Assembly (NCBI GenBank): GCA_049322915.1
Contig: JBMOPW010000020.1
Location: 160,001-224,000, forward strand
Length of the DNA stretch: 64,000 nucleotides
Direction of reading: 5' to 3'
From: Candidatus Zhuqueibacterota bacterium
Lineage (GTDB): Bacteria > Zhuqueibacterota > Zhuqueibacteria > Thermofontimicrobiales > Thermofontimicrobiaceae
Part shown: positions 1-10,151 of the stretch, in pieces
Layout of the letters: each line of letters opens with the position of its first letter
Numbering within the stretch: position 1 is the first letter of the stretch
Notes under the pieces: model-generated
The model's input: only the letters and a program-made list of their open reading frames with translations
Told to the model about the DNA's origin: nothing
Databases searched by the model: none
Translations under genes and position numbers: made by a program

Positions 1-1
1 T

Positions 2-463
2 CTGGATGAATCTGAACTCGATTCACGGTTTGAGCAATGCGCGTACATCGCCACAAAGAAAGAAAAGGATGATTTCGAGAAGCTTTCATTTGAAGAGAAA
101 AAAATATTCTGGCGTAATTTCTGGCAGAAACGGGATTTGGACTTGAGCACGGAAATTAATGAATTTCAAATTCAGTATTTTGATCGTGTTCGCAAGGCCA
201 ATAAAGAATTCTCTGTGCAAAAAAAAGAAGGGTGGGAAACCGATCGCGGAAGGGTCCTCATTCTTTATGGAGACCCTGATGAAGTTGAATTATTCCCCCA
301 ACTAATGGAAACCAAAGCGTACGAAATTTGGCGCTATTACGGACTGCAAGGGGGCATTGAATTTGTGTTCGTCAGCTTACGCGGAGGACGCGACATGCGG
401 CTGGTTCATTCCACAGCGCAAAATGAATTGTTCGATTCCAACTGGGAGCGCTGGTTGAAGTGA
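2..463 (+). CDS. GWxTD domain-containing protein, 5'-truncated by the window edge
   Basis: Frame is open from base 2 (LDESELDSRFEQCAYIATKKE...FLRNFWQKRD) into GWETDRGRVLILYGDPDE and YEIWRY; paralogous to 2207..3628. Confidence 0.9.
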   Translation: MDESELDSRFEQCAYIATKKEKDDFEKLSFEEKKIFWRNFWQKRDLDLSTEINEFQIQYFDRVRKANKEFSVQKKEGWETDRGRVLILYGDPDEVELFPQLMETKAYEIWRYYGLQGGIEFVFVSLRGGRDMRLVHSTAQNELFDSNWERWLK

Positions 464-645
464 GTTCGTTGTGAAATGGGCAAAAATCCTTCGTACTGGG
501 ATTCCAAATCACAAAAGATTTGGTGGGCACTGCCTTGAAAAAACGATTTTCATTAGAAGAAATTGTCTGAGCCGATCTTTCGATTCCTGCTAAGTTACAG
601 TATAATTTTAAAAGCGTAAAACAATATTTTTAACTTGAGGCAAGG

Positions 646-1398
646 ATGAATAAAAAGATTAATCACGTACTTTTCATTTTATCATTCACGTGCCTATCTC
701 ATTTTTACTGTGATTTTGTCAGGCTGACAGAGGAAGAAATCGTGAAGATAAATTATCTGCCTGTCTTTAATTTTGTTACCATAGAAATTCCTCAGAAAAT
801 GGTGACTTCTACAGATTCAATGGCGCAGAGACTACTGAAATTATTGGAATTTCATAATAGCATGCAGAATTACGTTGAACTTTTGGAGATGCCATTAGAT
901 AGCATGGATGCCGGGCCGCCTTGGGAAAAAAAGATTAAACTGGAGAAGGGTGTGCTTACTACACTTTATTTGTATTATGAACAGGATATGGAAAGCTACG
1001 TTTGGAATGTTACAAAATCGGGTTATGACTCCCTTTCCGAAGTGACATTTGATGACTGGCTCAGTGTCATTGCTGAATATGAGCCAGCCAGTGGTTCGGA
1101 ATATCTTTCGGTATTTGATAAGAACACTGATTGGTATAAAGTACGGATGTCGTTTAATTATTCAAGCGCCGGGAAAATGATTCTCTTGCTTTATACGACC
1201 TATCTGGTTGATCTTCCAGGACATTTCGTGATCGAATATTTCGATGAAGTCCAAACTATAAATACCGAGTTTCACGCTAATGGGCATGTTGCGTATTTGG
1301 AAGGTTTCATTTATTTCGATATTTATTGGAATGAACAGGGCAACGGATACTGGCGGCTCACAGAAGAAGGGGAGATCGCTGAATCAGGTACATGGTGA
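646..1398 (+). CDS. Hypothetical exported/lipoprotein-like protein
   Basis: 250-aa AT-rich ORF with GAGG RBS and a hydrophobic N-terminus containing Cys; no recognisable family. Confidence 0.7.
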   Translation: MNKKINHVLFILSFTCLSHFYCDFVRLTEEEIVKINYLPVFNFVTIEIPQKMVTSTDSMAQRLLKLLEFHNSMQNYVELLEMPLDSMDAGPPWEKKIKLEKGVLTTLYLYYEQDMESYVWNVTKSGYDSLSEVTFDDWLSVIAEYEPASGSEYLSVFDKNTDWYKVRMSFNYSSAGKMILLLYTTYLVDLPGHFVIEYFDEVQTINTEFHANGHVAYLEGFIYFDIYWNEQGNGYWRLTEEGEIAESGTW

Positions 1399-1637
1399 TA
1401 TTGTTCAGACAGTTTATGTGCGTCGGAGACTTCATATACCTGGCGTATTTATCGAATGAACAAGATAATTTTCCTATTTGTCTCAACAGCTATTGTCCTA
1501 TTCGCGTCCGATTAGCCAACGCCACAGGAATTTATCCTGAAACAGGGTTGCTTTATTCAGCACTATCTTTTCGATTTTATTGCAAGACCTGCTGCACTTG
1601 CTGCTTCAGCGGATTCCGTGTCCCAGACAATTGTTGT

Positions 1638-1804
1638 TAGCCTGCATTATTCATAGTATTTTTAAAGGAGGCTGGCTAACCTGAATGGTGCTCTTTTTAG
1701 AATAAACGTACAAAAACTGAGTTTCAAAATTGCTTAACCTTTAGCTAATTGAAAATCTGAATGTTGACTCAAATTCTGAGCATGTTCATGAATAATTCAG
1801 GTTA
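1638..1804. mobile_element. MITE-like element with ~17-bp terminal inverted repeats
   Basis: TAGCCTGCATTATTCAT (1638-1654) vs ATGAATAATTCAGGTTA (1788-1804), 15/17 complementary; a second left end CTAACCTGAAT (1676-1686) is the perfect complement of 1795-1805. Confidence 0.5.
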
Positions 1805-2142
1805 GAATTCAAAAATAAAATTCCACTATTGACTATACCGCTCTTTTTGAGGTTGAGAAATAGGAAGTAACATGAAATTATCAATGGAAGAAAATACGGG
1901 CCAATGACAACGGTGTATAGGTGACAACTTATCCGATATCATTTCAATATATTTGCAGAATTCATTGCAGCGGAACGGATACAAACTCCGGGAAACAGGT
2001 CGAAAATTGGCTTTTTTTTAGAACAAGTCAGAGAGTCTGATGTTGTTATAATCCAGGGGGAGCAGAGATTGGTATATGACTGTCAATTAGTACTTTTGAG
2101 CAGAAATCAATTTGTGTGCACCAAATAATTTGAAAAATCATA

Positions 2143-2171
2143 TTGCTTTATTGTAACGGAATCATTACATT
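2143..2171 (+). promoter_or_regulatory. Putative sigma-70 promoter
   Basis: TTGCTT-N17-TACATT, 35 nt upstream of the GTG start at 2207. Confidence 0.45.
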
Positions 2172-2206
2172 GAGCCGTGTAAACGAACATCACGAAAGGA
2201 GCTACC

Positions 2207-3628
2207 GTGAGAACAGGCAGGACTCAAACCACGTTTCGATTCATCCGGTGGATCGGAGTGAGTCTTTTTTTCATTCTTCTTCCGATGAATTCGGCAGATG
2301 CCCAGGTTGAGAAAGATGGATTTGTGCTGGACTTCAACCGATTCAGCCTTAAAAATGGGGATTCATTTGTCGAGATTTATTACTCCATTCCGAGGCAAAA
2401 ATTGAACTATCAGGCAATCAGCGATGGGCATCAGGCGGGTGGGCTCATTCAAACCTTTATTAAAATGGGCGATAAAGCCATGCTGGCCGATAGCCTGGTC
2501 ATCACCGATGTCACCAAATCGCTTTCGGAAATTACTCCAACCCAGAAATTCACCGAGCAGACCAATATTCAATTATCCCCGGGCCGCTATGAAATTGTCA
2601 CGCGGTTCATCGACCTCGTCTCGAAAAAAATGACTCTGGTGACAGATAGCATTCGCATCTCTGCCCGGGCGACGATGCCGGCCATCAGCGATATTCAATT
2701 GGCCAGTACCCTCAGCCGGCAGCCGAAAGCGGAGAACAAATTCGATAAAAATGGACTGCGGGTCGTCCCCAATCCATCGCGCGCGTACGGCTCCGGCTTT
2801 TCGAAACTCTTCTATTATGCGGAAATATACGCGCTGGAATTCCAAGGCGCCGGAAGCGATTCCACGTTTTGTGTGAATTATGCGGTGCTGGATGTCTCCG
2901 GCGCTGTTGTGAAGCAAGTGCCCGGCAATCATCAGACAAAACCGGGCAGTTCGGCTGTCATTCACGGTTCCTTTGATCTGGAAGGATTGTCCAGCGGTTT
3001 CTACAGTTTCCAAATCGAGGTCACGGACGATCGGAATGGCCGAACTGCGGTGCAGCAGAAGGAATTTCAGATTTTCAGGCCCGGCGATTTTCTCGTTTCC
3101 CAGACGGAAAGTCCTAAGCCCATAGAAGAGACCGGCAAAGTCGATGATGAATTTGCATTGATGAGTGAGAAGGAGATCGATGACTATTTTCTGATGGTGA
3201 AATACATAGCCCTGAAGGATGAAAAGAAACTGTTCGATAATCTCGACCTCAATGGCAAACGCAATTTTATGAATAACTTCTGGCAGCAGCGGGATCCTGA
3301 GCCGAGAACTGCCATCAATGAGCGGAAGAAAGAATACCTGGAGTGCATGGGTCGCGCCAATGAACAATTCTCCATGGGCCAGAAAATGGGGTGGAAGACG
3401 GATCGCGGTCGCGTGCTGCTGGTATATGGTCATCCCGACGAAATCGAGAGTGTCCCTTCCGACGGGAGCACAAAGTCGTACGAGATCTGGCATTATTACT
3501 CTGTGGAGGGAGGGGTCATCTTTGTGTTTGTCGATATTATGAGAATCAAAGATTACCGGCTGGTCCATTCCACGCATCGCAATGAGATTCAGGAGCCAGG
3601 GTGGCAGGAGCGTTATCTGGGCTTATAA
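2207..3628 (+). CDS. GWxTD domain-containing protein (signal peptide)
   Basis: FWQQRDP, GWKTDRGRVLLVYGHPDE and YEIWHY motifs; N-terminal signal peptide; AAAGGAG RBS. Confidence 0.92.
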   Translation: MRTGRTQTTFRFIRWIGVSLFFILLPMNSADAQVEKDGFVLDFNRFSLKNGDSFVEIYYSIPRQKLNYQAISDGHQAGGLIQTFIKMGDKAMLADSLVITDVTKSLSEITPTQKFTEQTNIQLSPGRYEIVTRFIDLVSKKMTLVTDSIRISARATMPAISDIQLASTLSRQPKAENKFDKNGLRVVPNPSRAYGSGFSKLFYYAEIYALEFQGAGSDSTFCVNYAVLDVSGAVVKQVPGNHQTKPGSSAVIHGSFDLEGLSSGFYSFQIEVTDDRNGRTAVQQKEFQIFRPGDFLVSQTESPKPIEETGKVDDEFALMSEKEIDDYFLMVKYIALKDEKKLFDNLDLNGKRNFMNNFWQQRDPEPRTAINERKKEYLECMGRANEQFSMGQKMGWKTDRGRVLLVYGHPDEIESVPSDGSTKSYEIWHYYSVEGGVIFVFVDIMRIKDYRLVHSTHRNEIQEPGWQERYLGL

Positions 3629-3644
3629 ATTATCCTGTTCCTAA

Positions 3645-3801
3645 ATTGAGCGATTAGCGATTAGCAACCAGCCATCAGCTCTTACAAATTCAATCAGTTA
3701 AGCCTGACCCGCTTTTTCTGTTTTAGGTGATTTCAGGCTTGTATCTAACGCCATGTTATTTCTTTCGCTGAACGATGATCGCTGTAAGCTGACCGCTTAT
3801 T
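3645..3801. repeat. Gene-less heptamer inverted-arm element (copy 1)
   Basis: Left arm attgagc-gattagc-gattagc-aaccagc-catcagc (3645-3679); right arm gctgaac-gatgatc-gctgtaa-gctgacc-gcttatt (3767-3801). Confidence 0.8.
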
Positions 3802-3833
3802 TTACGCTATCATTAAAATCAAAGGCATGAAGT

Positions 3834-4958
3834 ATGGTCAAAGTATCGGAACGTTTACTCTCTCTTGATGTGTTTCGTGGACTCACGATCGCCGGGATGA
3901 TTCTGGTCAATAACCCCGGCAGTTGGAGTCATATTTATCCGCCGCTGGGACACGCTCCCTGGAATGGCTGGACTCCCACAGATTTCATCTTCCCTTTTTT
4001 CCTGTTCATCGTTGGCGTGGCCATGTCGCTTTCGTTCTCGAAACGAATTGAACAGGGCGATGGTTTGGCGCAATTGATGGGCAAGGTGACCAGGCGAACT
4101 CTGATTATTTTTGCCATCGGTCTGTTCCTGAATTTATTTCCGTTCTTCAATTTCAATGTAGTCCGCATTCCTGGCGTGCTGCAACGGATTGCGGTCTGTT
4201 ACTTCTTCGCTGGGCTCATCATCATTTACGCCAATAAAAAATTTCAGATTGTCTGGACGGCTGGATTGCTGATCGGCTACTGGCTCCTGGTGAAGCTGGT
4301 CCCTGTTCCGGGATACGGCGCCGGTGTGCTGGAACCGATGGGCAGCCTCTGCTGGTACGTGGATAGCAATCTGCTGGCCGGACATACCTGGCGAGGCGCC
4401 CCGGTGCCGGGTTTCGATCCTGAGGGATTGGTCAGCACACTGCCGGCAATCGCCACGGTGATGTTCGGCATTTTCGCCGGGGATTGGATTCGTTCTCCGC
4501 GCGATCACTTCGAGAAGATCAGCGGCATGTTTGTGTTCGGCGTGCTGGGCCTTGTGCTCGGCGAAATGTTAAAAGGCTGGCTGCCCATCAACAAGAATCT
4601 CTGGACAAGCACCTATTCCATTTTCATGGCTGGCATGGCGCTCATCTTCCTGGCTATGTGCTACTGGTTCATTGATATCAAAGGATATAAACGCTGGGTG
4701 AAGCCGTTCATCGTGTTTGGCAGCAATGCCATCATCGTGTTCGCGCTGTCCTCGCTGGTTGCGAAGTTGTTTTACATCATCAAAGTGACCTCGCCGGATG
4801 GGGCCAAAATCACCGTGACCCAATTCATTTACACGAACTGGTTCCTACCCTGGGCCGGAGAACTCAACGGCTCCCTGTTTTATGCCATCGCCTACATTTC
4901 GATCTGGCTCGGTTTAGCCTGGTTGTTGTACTGGAGGAAAATCTTTATTAAAGTGTAA
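3834..4958 (+). CDS. Heparan-alpha-glucosaminide N-acetyltransferase-like membrane acyltransferase (DUF5009/NagX-like)
   Basis: RLLSLDVFRGLT..MILVNNPG, H..WNGWTPTD.IFPFFLFIVG, GVLQRIA, DPEGL, PINKNLWTST motifs; multiple TM segments. Confidence 0.9.
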   Translation: MVKVSERLLSLDVFRGLTIAGMILVNNPGSWSHIYPPLGHAPWNGWTPTDFIFPFFLFIVGVAMSLSFSKRIEQGDGLAQLMGKVTRRTLIIFAIGLFLNLFPFFNFNVVRIPGVLQRIAVCYFFAGLIIIYANKKFQIVWTAGLLIGYWLLVKLVPVPGYGAGVLEPMGSLCWYVDSNLLAGHTWRGAPVPGFDPEGLVSTLPAIATVMFGIFAGDWIRSPRDHFEKISGMFVFGVLGLVLGEMLKGWLPINKNLWTSTYSIFMAGMALIFLAMCYWFIDIKGYKRWVKPFIVFGSNAIIVFALSSLVAKLFYIIKVTSPDGAKITVTQFIYTNWFLPWAGELNGSLFYAIAYISIWLGLAWLLYWRKIFIKV

Positions 4959-4980
4959 TGCGAGCAACGTATGAATTGTG

Positions 4981-5009
4981 CATCCTGCCTGGAACGACCG
5001 GGCAGGATG
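4981..5009 (+). terminator. Hairpin after the acyltransferase gene
   Basis: CATCCTGCCTGG-AACGA-CCGGGCAGGATG stem-loop; no clear U-tract. Confidence 0.45.
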
Positions 5010-6088
5010 TCGGCGTATTCGTCACTCTTTTTGATCTGATACAGAATGAAAAATTCCCAGGGTGGAGAGAAGTCCGTTGCACGGGCTGCGCAGTCAGCGA
5101 ATTGACTCCGCCTTTCTGCTTTGTCTGGCTGAGGCCTCATGGAAGCAACGAATGATGCGAGTGAATTCGCAATGGCCGGACGTTACCGGCGCTTCGCAAT
5201 CGTCCCCGTCCACATCCTATGCTACTATCTCTTCGCTTCAGCGACCTGCCCCTCTTGTCGTTACACTTGAACATCGTCCCGGTTAATCCTGTCATCGCCC
5301 CGGCCCGACATCCTTTGTGTCGGGAGTTCATTCTATCTGCGATAGCATGGTGCAATCACTGAAAATTGCATACGCACGCCAACACCGCGGAGCTACATAA
5401 TTGAAATTGCGTTGAGAAATAGCCGAAGCGGGAATGGCAGCGTCGTGTGACTCTTCTTTTTATTTTCTCGCTGTGACTTTTTTTCGCTTGACTATCGGCG
5501 TCTTAATGTTTAAATTACCCGTTGAATTTGACAAAGATAACTCGGATTCTCGATATGTCATTGCAGCGGATCCCGTCATTAGTGGTGCTGTGACTAAGAT
5601 GATTCGTGAAGTACGTTAACGCTGTTGAGTGTGAACTCAAAGAATGGTTTACGCGAAATGCTCGGCTTGAACGTAGTTATAACCTGATAAAGCAATGAAA
5701 TCTGGGTGGTTAGTGGTTGAGGTGAGAAATTCCTTTTCACTGAATTCGATGGATGAGTGAACCCATTTGAAATGAGAAAACCATGCGCCAACCAGGCGTT
5801 TTTCGGGGGGATCGCTTCACTTCTTTTGTTGATATTTTCGGTGTGAGAAATTCACGTCACGAAGAATTATTGAATCAACCCTTTCTCATTTTTTGCTTCC
5901 ACTTCCCTCGAAAACCGTGCGCAGAATCGATTGAATTTCAAACTGATTATAAATATTGAAAGCATAAGAAATTGCAGGATGAGCAATTTTGTATGTTGCT
6001 AAAAAATTGAGAAAAGGAGGTGAGACTCGGAGTTTACAAGTTATTAAGTTACTAATACACGTGATCGCAAACGAATACGGAGGACCAG

Positions 6089-9000
6089 ATGAAAAAAGTT
6101 TTTCTGTTTACACTCATGGTGTCAATTTTGTTAACTTCATTTGTTTTTGGGCAGGATGCAAAGATGTACCGGGGTGATCGGACGACTTTGCAGACCGATG
6201 TCAACGATTTTGTAGGGTATGTGCCCAACGCAATTGTTGTGAAATTCAGTGCCTCTTCATTGAATACTATCGAAACATCCTCGCTTTTGCAGGGCATCAC
6301 AGGCAACAGGCAGATCGATGCGTTGAATCAGAAATACAATGTCCGGGCGTTTCAGGAAATGTTCCCCAATGCAGAAACCAGGTTTTTCGAAGGCAAACGA
6401 GTTGAATTAGCTGGCTATTATCGAATTACGTTTAAATCCCAATTGAAAAACGTCGAACAGGTTGTCGCGGAATATGAAGCGATTCCCGGCGTTGAAAAAG
6501 CTGAACCGATTGGCGTTCATGCGGTTCATGCCGATCCCAATGACGGCAACTATTCCGATCAATGGCATCTCAACCAGACCAACGACAATGACGTGGATGC
6601 TCCTGAAGCCTGGGATGTTGAAACCGGCAATTCCAGCATCATCGTTGGAATTCTGGATACCGGCGTTCGGTATTTCCACAAAGACCTTGGCGGCGCCAAT
6701 GCGTCGTATTCCAATCCCCAGGGAACGGATGGCAACATGTGGATCAACTGGACCGAGAAAAACGGTACGACCGGCGTCGACGATGACGGGAACGGCTATG
6801 TGGACGACTGGGTAGGCTGGGACTTTGTGAACGATGCGGATGATTATTACTATCCCATCTGGCCTGGTGAAGACGGCGATGTTGAAGACAACGATCCCCG
6901 CGATTTTAATGGACACGGCACGCATTGCGCCGGCAACGTGGGCGCCATCAATAACAACGGCTACGCGACCTGCGCGCCCTCTGGTGGCTGGGGAAGCGAT
7001 GGCAATGGCGTGAAAGTTATGGCCCTGCGAGTTGGCTGGTCAGTGAAATACCTCCGCAAGAATTACGAAGTCGGACTTATTCGAATGGATTTCGCTGCTC
7101 AGGCCATGTATTACGCTGCCAACAACGGCGCGAAAATCATCTCCTGCAGTTGGGGATCTTCCAACAGCGGCGGTATCGAAGATGCTTTGAATTACTTCGT
7201 CGGCAGCGGCGGATTGATCTTCAAATCAGCCGGCAATAGCGACAACGAAAGCACCGATTTTATGACCGCGCGAAGCGATGTCATCGCCGTTGCGGCGAGC
7301 GACCAGAACGACTGTCGCTCCGATTTTTCTAGCTACGGCACCTGGGTGGATATCACCGCCCCCGGCACGGACATTTTGAGCCTTTACGAAAACCATGCGG
7401 ATACCCAGAATGACTACGTCGCAACCTTAAGCGGCACTTCGATGGCGTCGCCATTGGCTGCCAGCGTTGCAGCGTTGATCTGGTCACAGAATCCCGGTCA
7501 GAGCGCGAACGATGTAAAACAAAAACTGTTCGATACTGCGGACAATATTTATACTGAATCATGCAATGCCAGCTATGCCGGCAAATTGGGCGCTGGCCGC
7601 GTGAATGCGTTCGAAGCTGTCAGTGGCTCAGGACCGGTTGCGCCAACCGCGCAATTCTCCGGCGCCCCTGTTTCTGGGAACGCGCCACTGGTCGTGAATT
7701 TCACGGACATGTCGACCGGCACGGTTGAATCGTGGTCATGGAACTTCGGCGATGGCGGCACCTCGACCTCGCAGAATCCATCTCATACCTACTCGGCCGC
7801 TGGAACGTACAGCGTCGAATTGACGGTCACTGGCCCGGCTGGTTCCGATTCTGAACTGAAAACAAATTATATCACCGTCACCATTCCTGCGCCGGTTGCG
7901 GCATTTTCAGGAACACCAACTTCCGGAACCGCTCCGCTGAACGTGAGCTTCACCGATGCGTCCACCGGAAATATCAGTTCCTGGTCATGGAATTTTGGTG
8001 ATGGCGGCGCCTCGACTGCCCAGAATCCAAGCCACAGCTACGCGGCGGTTGGCACATACACGGTTGCGTTGACCGTGACCGGCCCCGGTGGTTCGGATAC
8101 TGAAACCAAAACCAATTATATCACTGTCAATCCTGAACCAGTACCTCCAGTCGCAGCATTTTCAGGCGTCCCGACATCAGGCAATGCCCCGTTGTCCGTG
8201 GTTTTCACGGATGCTTCGACCGGTGATGTTACATCCTGGTCGTGGACATTCGGTGATGGTGGTACATCTACCGCGGAAAATCCGACTCATGTTTACAACG
8301 CTGCCGGCGCCTACACAGTCGCGTTGACCGTCACCGGCCCGGCCGGCTCGGATACAGAGACGAAAACCAATTATATCACTGTTACAGTAGCAGCCCCGGT
8401 GGCCGCATTCTCCGGCACACCAACATCCGGCACAGTGCCACTTACAGTGAATTTTACCGATGCGTCAACTGGCAGCGTTTCAAGCTGGTCATGGAATTTT
8501 GGCGATGGTGGAATGTCCACAGCGCAGAATCCATCACATCAATATACGACTGCCGGAACCTACACCGTGTCGCTGACAGTGACCGGCCCTGGCGGCTCGG
8601 ACACTGAAACCAAAACCAATTATATCACTGTCAATGCGCAACCTGTCCCACCGGTGGCGCAATTCTCAGGCTCGCCCACTTCAGGGACCGCCCCGCTCGC
8701 AGTGAATTTCACCGATGCTTCCACTGGCCAAATTTCAAGCTGGTCATGGAATTTTGGCGATGGCGGCACGTCGACGCAGCAGAATCCGTCTCATACCTAT
8801 TCCACCGCTGGCACATACACAGTCGCTTTGACAGTCACCGGCCCGGGCGGTTCAGACACGGAGACAAAAGCGAGTTATATCACCGTGAATCCAGGCGCTC
8901 AGAATTTAATGCATGTCAACGACGTCAAAGTGACCAAAATTCAGGTGCTTAAAAAATGGAATTATGGCAAAGCTGAAGTGCAAATCGTCGATCAAAACGG

Positions 9001-9568
9001 CGCCGCAGTCAGCAACGCGACAGTTACCGGCGAATGGACACAGGGCGCAAGCGGCACTGCCACCTTCACCACTGGCTCCAATGGCTGGGGCAGCGTATCG
9101 ACTTCCTACAGCAAAACCGCGACAGTCTATTGCTTCAGGGTGACCAATGTGACAAAGACCGATTGGACCTATGATTCTGAAGCCAACGTCGAGACCTGGG
9201 CGTGCAGCGACGGTTCTTCCGGCCTCGATATATCGCTACCGAAATTGTTGACCAGTCAGGCGCCTGTGGTTTCCGATGAGGCGCAGTTGGATGAAGACGA
9301 TATCGTCGCTTATCCCAATCCGTTCAATTCTTCCACAGTGATCACGTTCTTCGCTCCATCCGCCGGACGGGTGACCGTGGATATTTACAACATCCTGGGT
9401 GAGAAAATAACCACACTCATCGACCAGGAAGTTCAGGTTGGTCCGACCACAGTGCGCTGGAACGGAACCAATGCGAACGGAGACATTGTGAGCGGCGGCT
9501 ATTATTTCTACAATATCCGATTCAACACTGGACAGACTATTACCAAGAAAATGTTATACCTAAAGTAA
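6089..9568 (+). CDS. Secreted S8 (subtilisin-like) serine protease with 5 PKD domains and a C-terminal FlgD/T9SS-type-A-like sorting domain
   Basis: Catalytic motifs ILDTG, HGTHCAG and SGTSMASP; five WSWNFGDG PKD repeats; C-terminal AYPNPFN...KKMLYLK. Confidence 0.95.
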   Translation: MKKVFLFTLMVSILLTSFVFGQDAKMYRGDRTTLQTDVNDFVGYVPNAIVVKFSASSLNTIETSSLLQGITGNRQIDALNQKYNVRAFQEMFPNAETRFFEGKRVELAGYYRITFKSQLKNVEQVVAEYEAIPGVEKAEPIGVHAVHADPNDGNYSDQWHLNQTNDNDVDAPEAWDVETGNSSIIVGILDTGVRYFHKDLGGANASYSNPQGTDGNMWINWTEKNGTTGVDDDGNGYVDDWVGWDFVNDADDYYYPIWPGEDGDVEDNDPRDFNGHGTHCAGNVGAINNNGYATCAPSGGWGSDGNGVKVMALRVGWSVKYLRKNYEVGLIRMDFAAQAMYYAANNGAKIISCSWGSSNSGGIEDALNYFVGSGGLIFKSAGNSDNESTDFMTARSDVIAVAASDQNDCRSDFSSYGTWVDITAPGTDILSLYENHADTQNDYVATLSGTSMASPLAASVAALIWSQNPGQSANDVKQKLFDTADNIYTESCNASYAGKLGAGRVNAFEAVSGSGPVAPTAQFSGAPVSGNAPLVVNFTDMSTGTVESWSWNFGDGGTSTSQNPSHTYSAAGTYSVELTVTGPAGSDSELKTNYITVTIPAPVAAFSGTPTSGTAPLNVSFTDASTGNISSWSWNFGDGGASTAQNPSHSYAAVGTYTVALTVTGPGGSDTETKTNYITVNPEPVPPVAAFSGVPTSGNAPLSVVFTDASTGDVTSWSWTFGDGGTSTAENPTHVYNAAGAYTVALTVTGPAGSDTETKTNYITVTVAAPVAAFSGTPTSGTVPLTVNFTDASTGSVSSWSWNFGDGGMSTAQNPSHQYTTAGTYTVSLTVTGPGGSDTETKTNYITVNAQPVPPVAQFSGSPTSGTAPLAVNFTDASTGQISSWSWNFGDGGTSTQQNPSHTYSTAGTYTVALTVTGPGGSDTETKASYITVNPGAQNLMHVNDVKVTKIQVLKKWNYGKAEVQIVDQNGAAVSNATVTGEWTQGASGTATFTTGSNGWGSVSTSYSKTATVYCFRVTNVTKTDWTYDSEANVETWACSDGSSGLDISLPKLLTSQAPVVSDEAQLDEDDIVAYPNPFNSSTVITFFAPSAGRVTVDIYNILGEKITTLIDQEVQVGPTTVRWNGTNANGDIVSGGYYFYNIRFNTGQTITKKMLYLK
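7637..8890 (+). repeat. Five tandem PKD-domain coding repeats (~250 nt each)
   Basis: Repeated P.AxFSGxPxSGxAPL.V.FTD.STG.....WSW.FGDGGTST..NP.H.Y...GTY.V.LTVTGP.GSD.E.K.NYITV. Confidence 0.95.
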
Positions 9569-9589
9569 TTCTCAATTCGATTTTAAAAT

Positions 9590-9626
9590 CAGGGCGCCGG
9601 CTTTCTATGCTGGCGCCCTGGTTTTT
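9590..9626 (+). terminator. Rho-independent terminator
   Basis: CAGGGCGCCGGC-loop-GCTGGCGCCCTG followed by GTTTTT. Confidence 0.8.
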
Positions 9627-9810
9627 ACCGAAGCATCTGACCGAATCCTATTCCTGATCCCCTTGATTTTAGTACCATTTCCGGAAGCTGATTTTATTCG
9701 ACGTGACGAAATCCCTGAGAGAAGCTGAACTCCCAATCATTGGGGATGTTGTTACAATGACGCCCGAAATCAGGTGTTCTCCGGACATTTGATGTTATCC
9801 CTGATTACCC

Positions 9811-10069
9811 GGCTATGCCCCGGCGACGACACCGGCCGAAGCGACGCTGGGAATGGCTGTGAAGAAATGCGGCCGCACCACCTGACTCACGTTTGGGACG
9901 GTCACCGGCGTGAATGTAACGATTGTCGTCAACTACATGCCGGCCGGGTATGCCCGTTTTGAAAACCCAGCCTGTGGCGCTTCATTTTGCCGGAGGCAGC
10001 ACTGCCGGCTACGGCAATCCCATTCAGCCAATTCTGGATTATTTTGGCGTGACGATTTACAATAATTAA
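9811..10069 (+). pseudogene. Decayed C-terminal part of a Nal1-like trypsin-fold serine protease
   Basis: Manual translation gives LGMAVKKCGRTT*LTFGTVTGVNVTIVVNY...ARFEN, a frameshift at ~9967, then QPVALHFAGGST.GYGNPIQPILDYFGVTI; stop at 9883-9885; the GDSGS segment is missing. Confidence 0.7.
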
Positions 10070-10151
10070 GCAAGCGAAGCAAAATTCACAGGGGGATTTC
10101 TTGCTGAAGAACTCCCCCTGTTTTTATTCAATCAAAGGAAAGGAGAATACA

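Noticed and set aside
1392..1640. 82-aa Cys-rich ORF
   Set aside because: No RBS or family motif, and it runs into the MITE-like end; probably spurious.
7637..8890. Nucleotide repeats as a mobile or diversifying array
   Set aside because: Fully explained by in-frame PKD domains with many synonymous differences.
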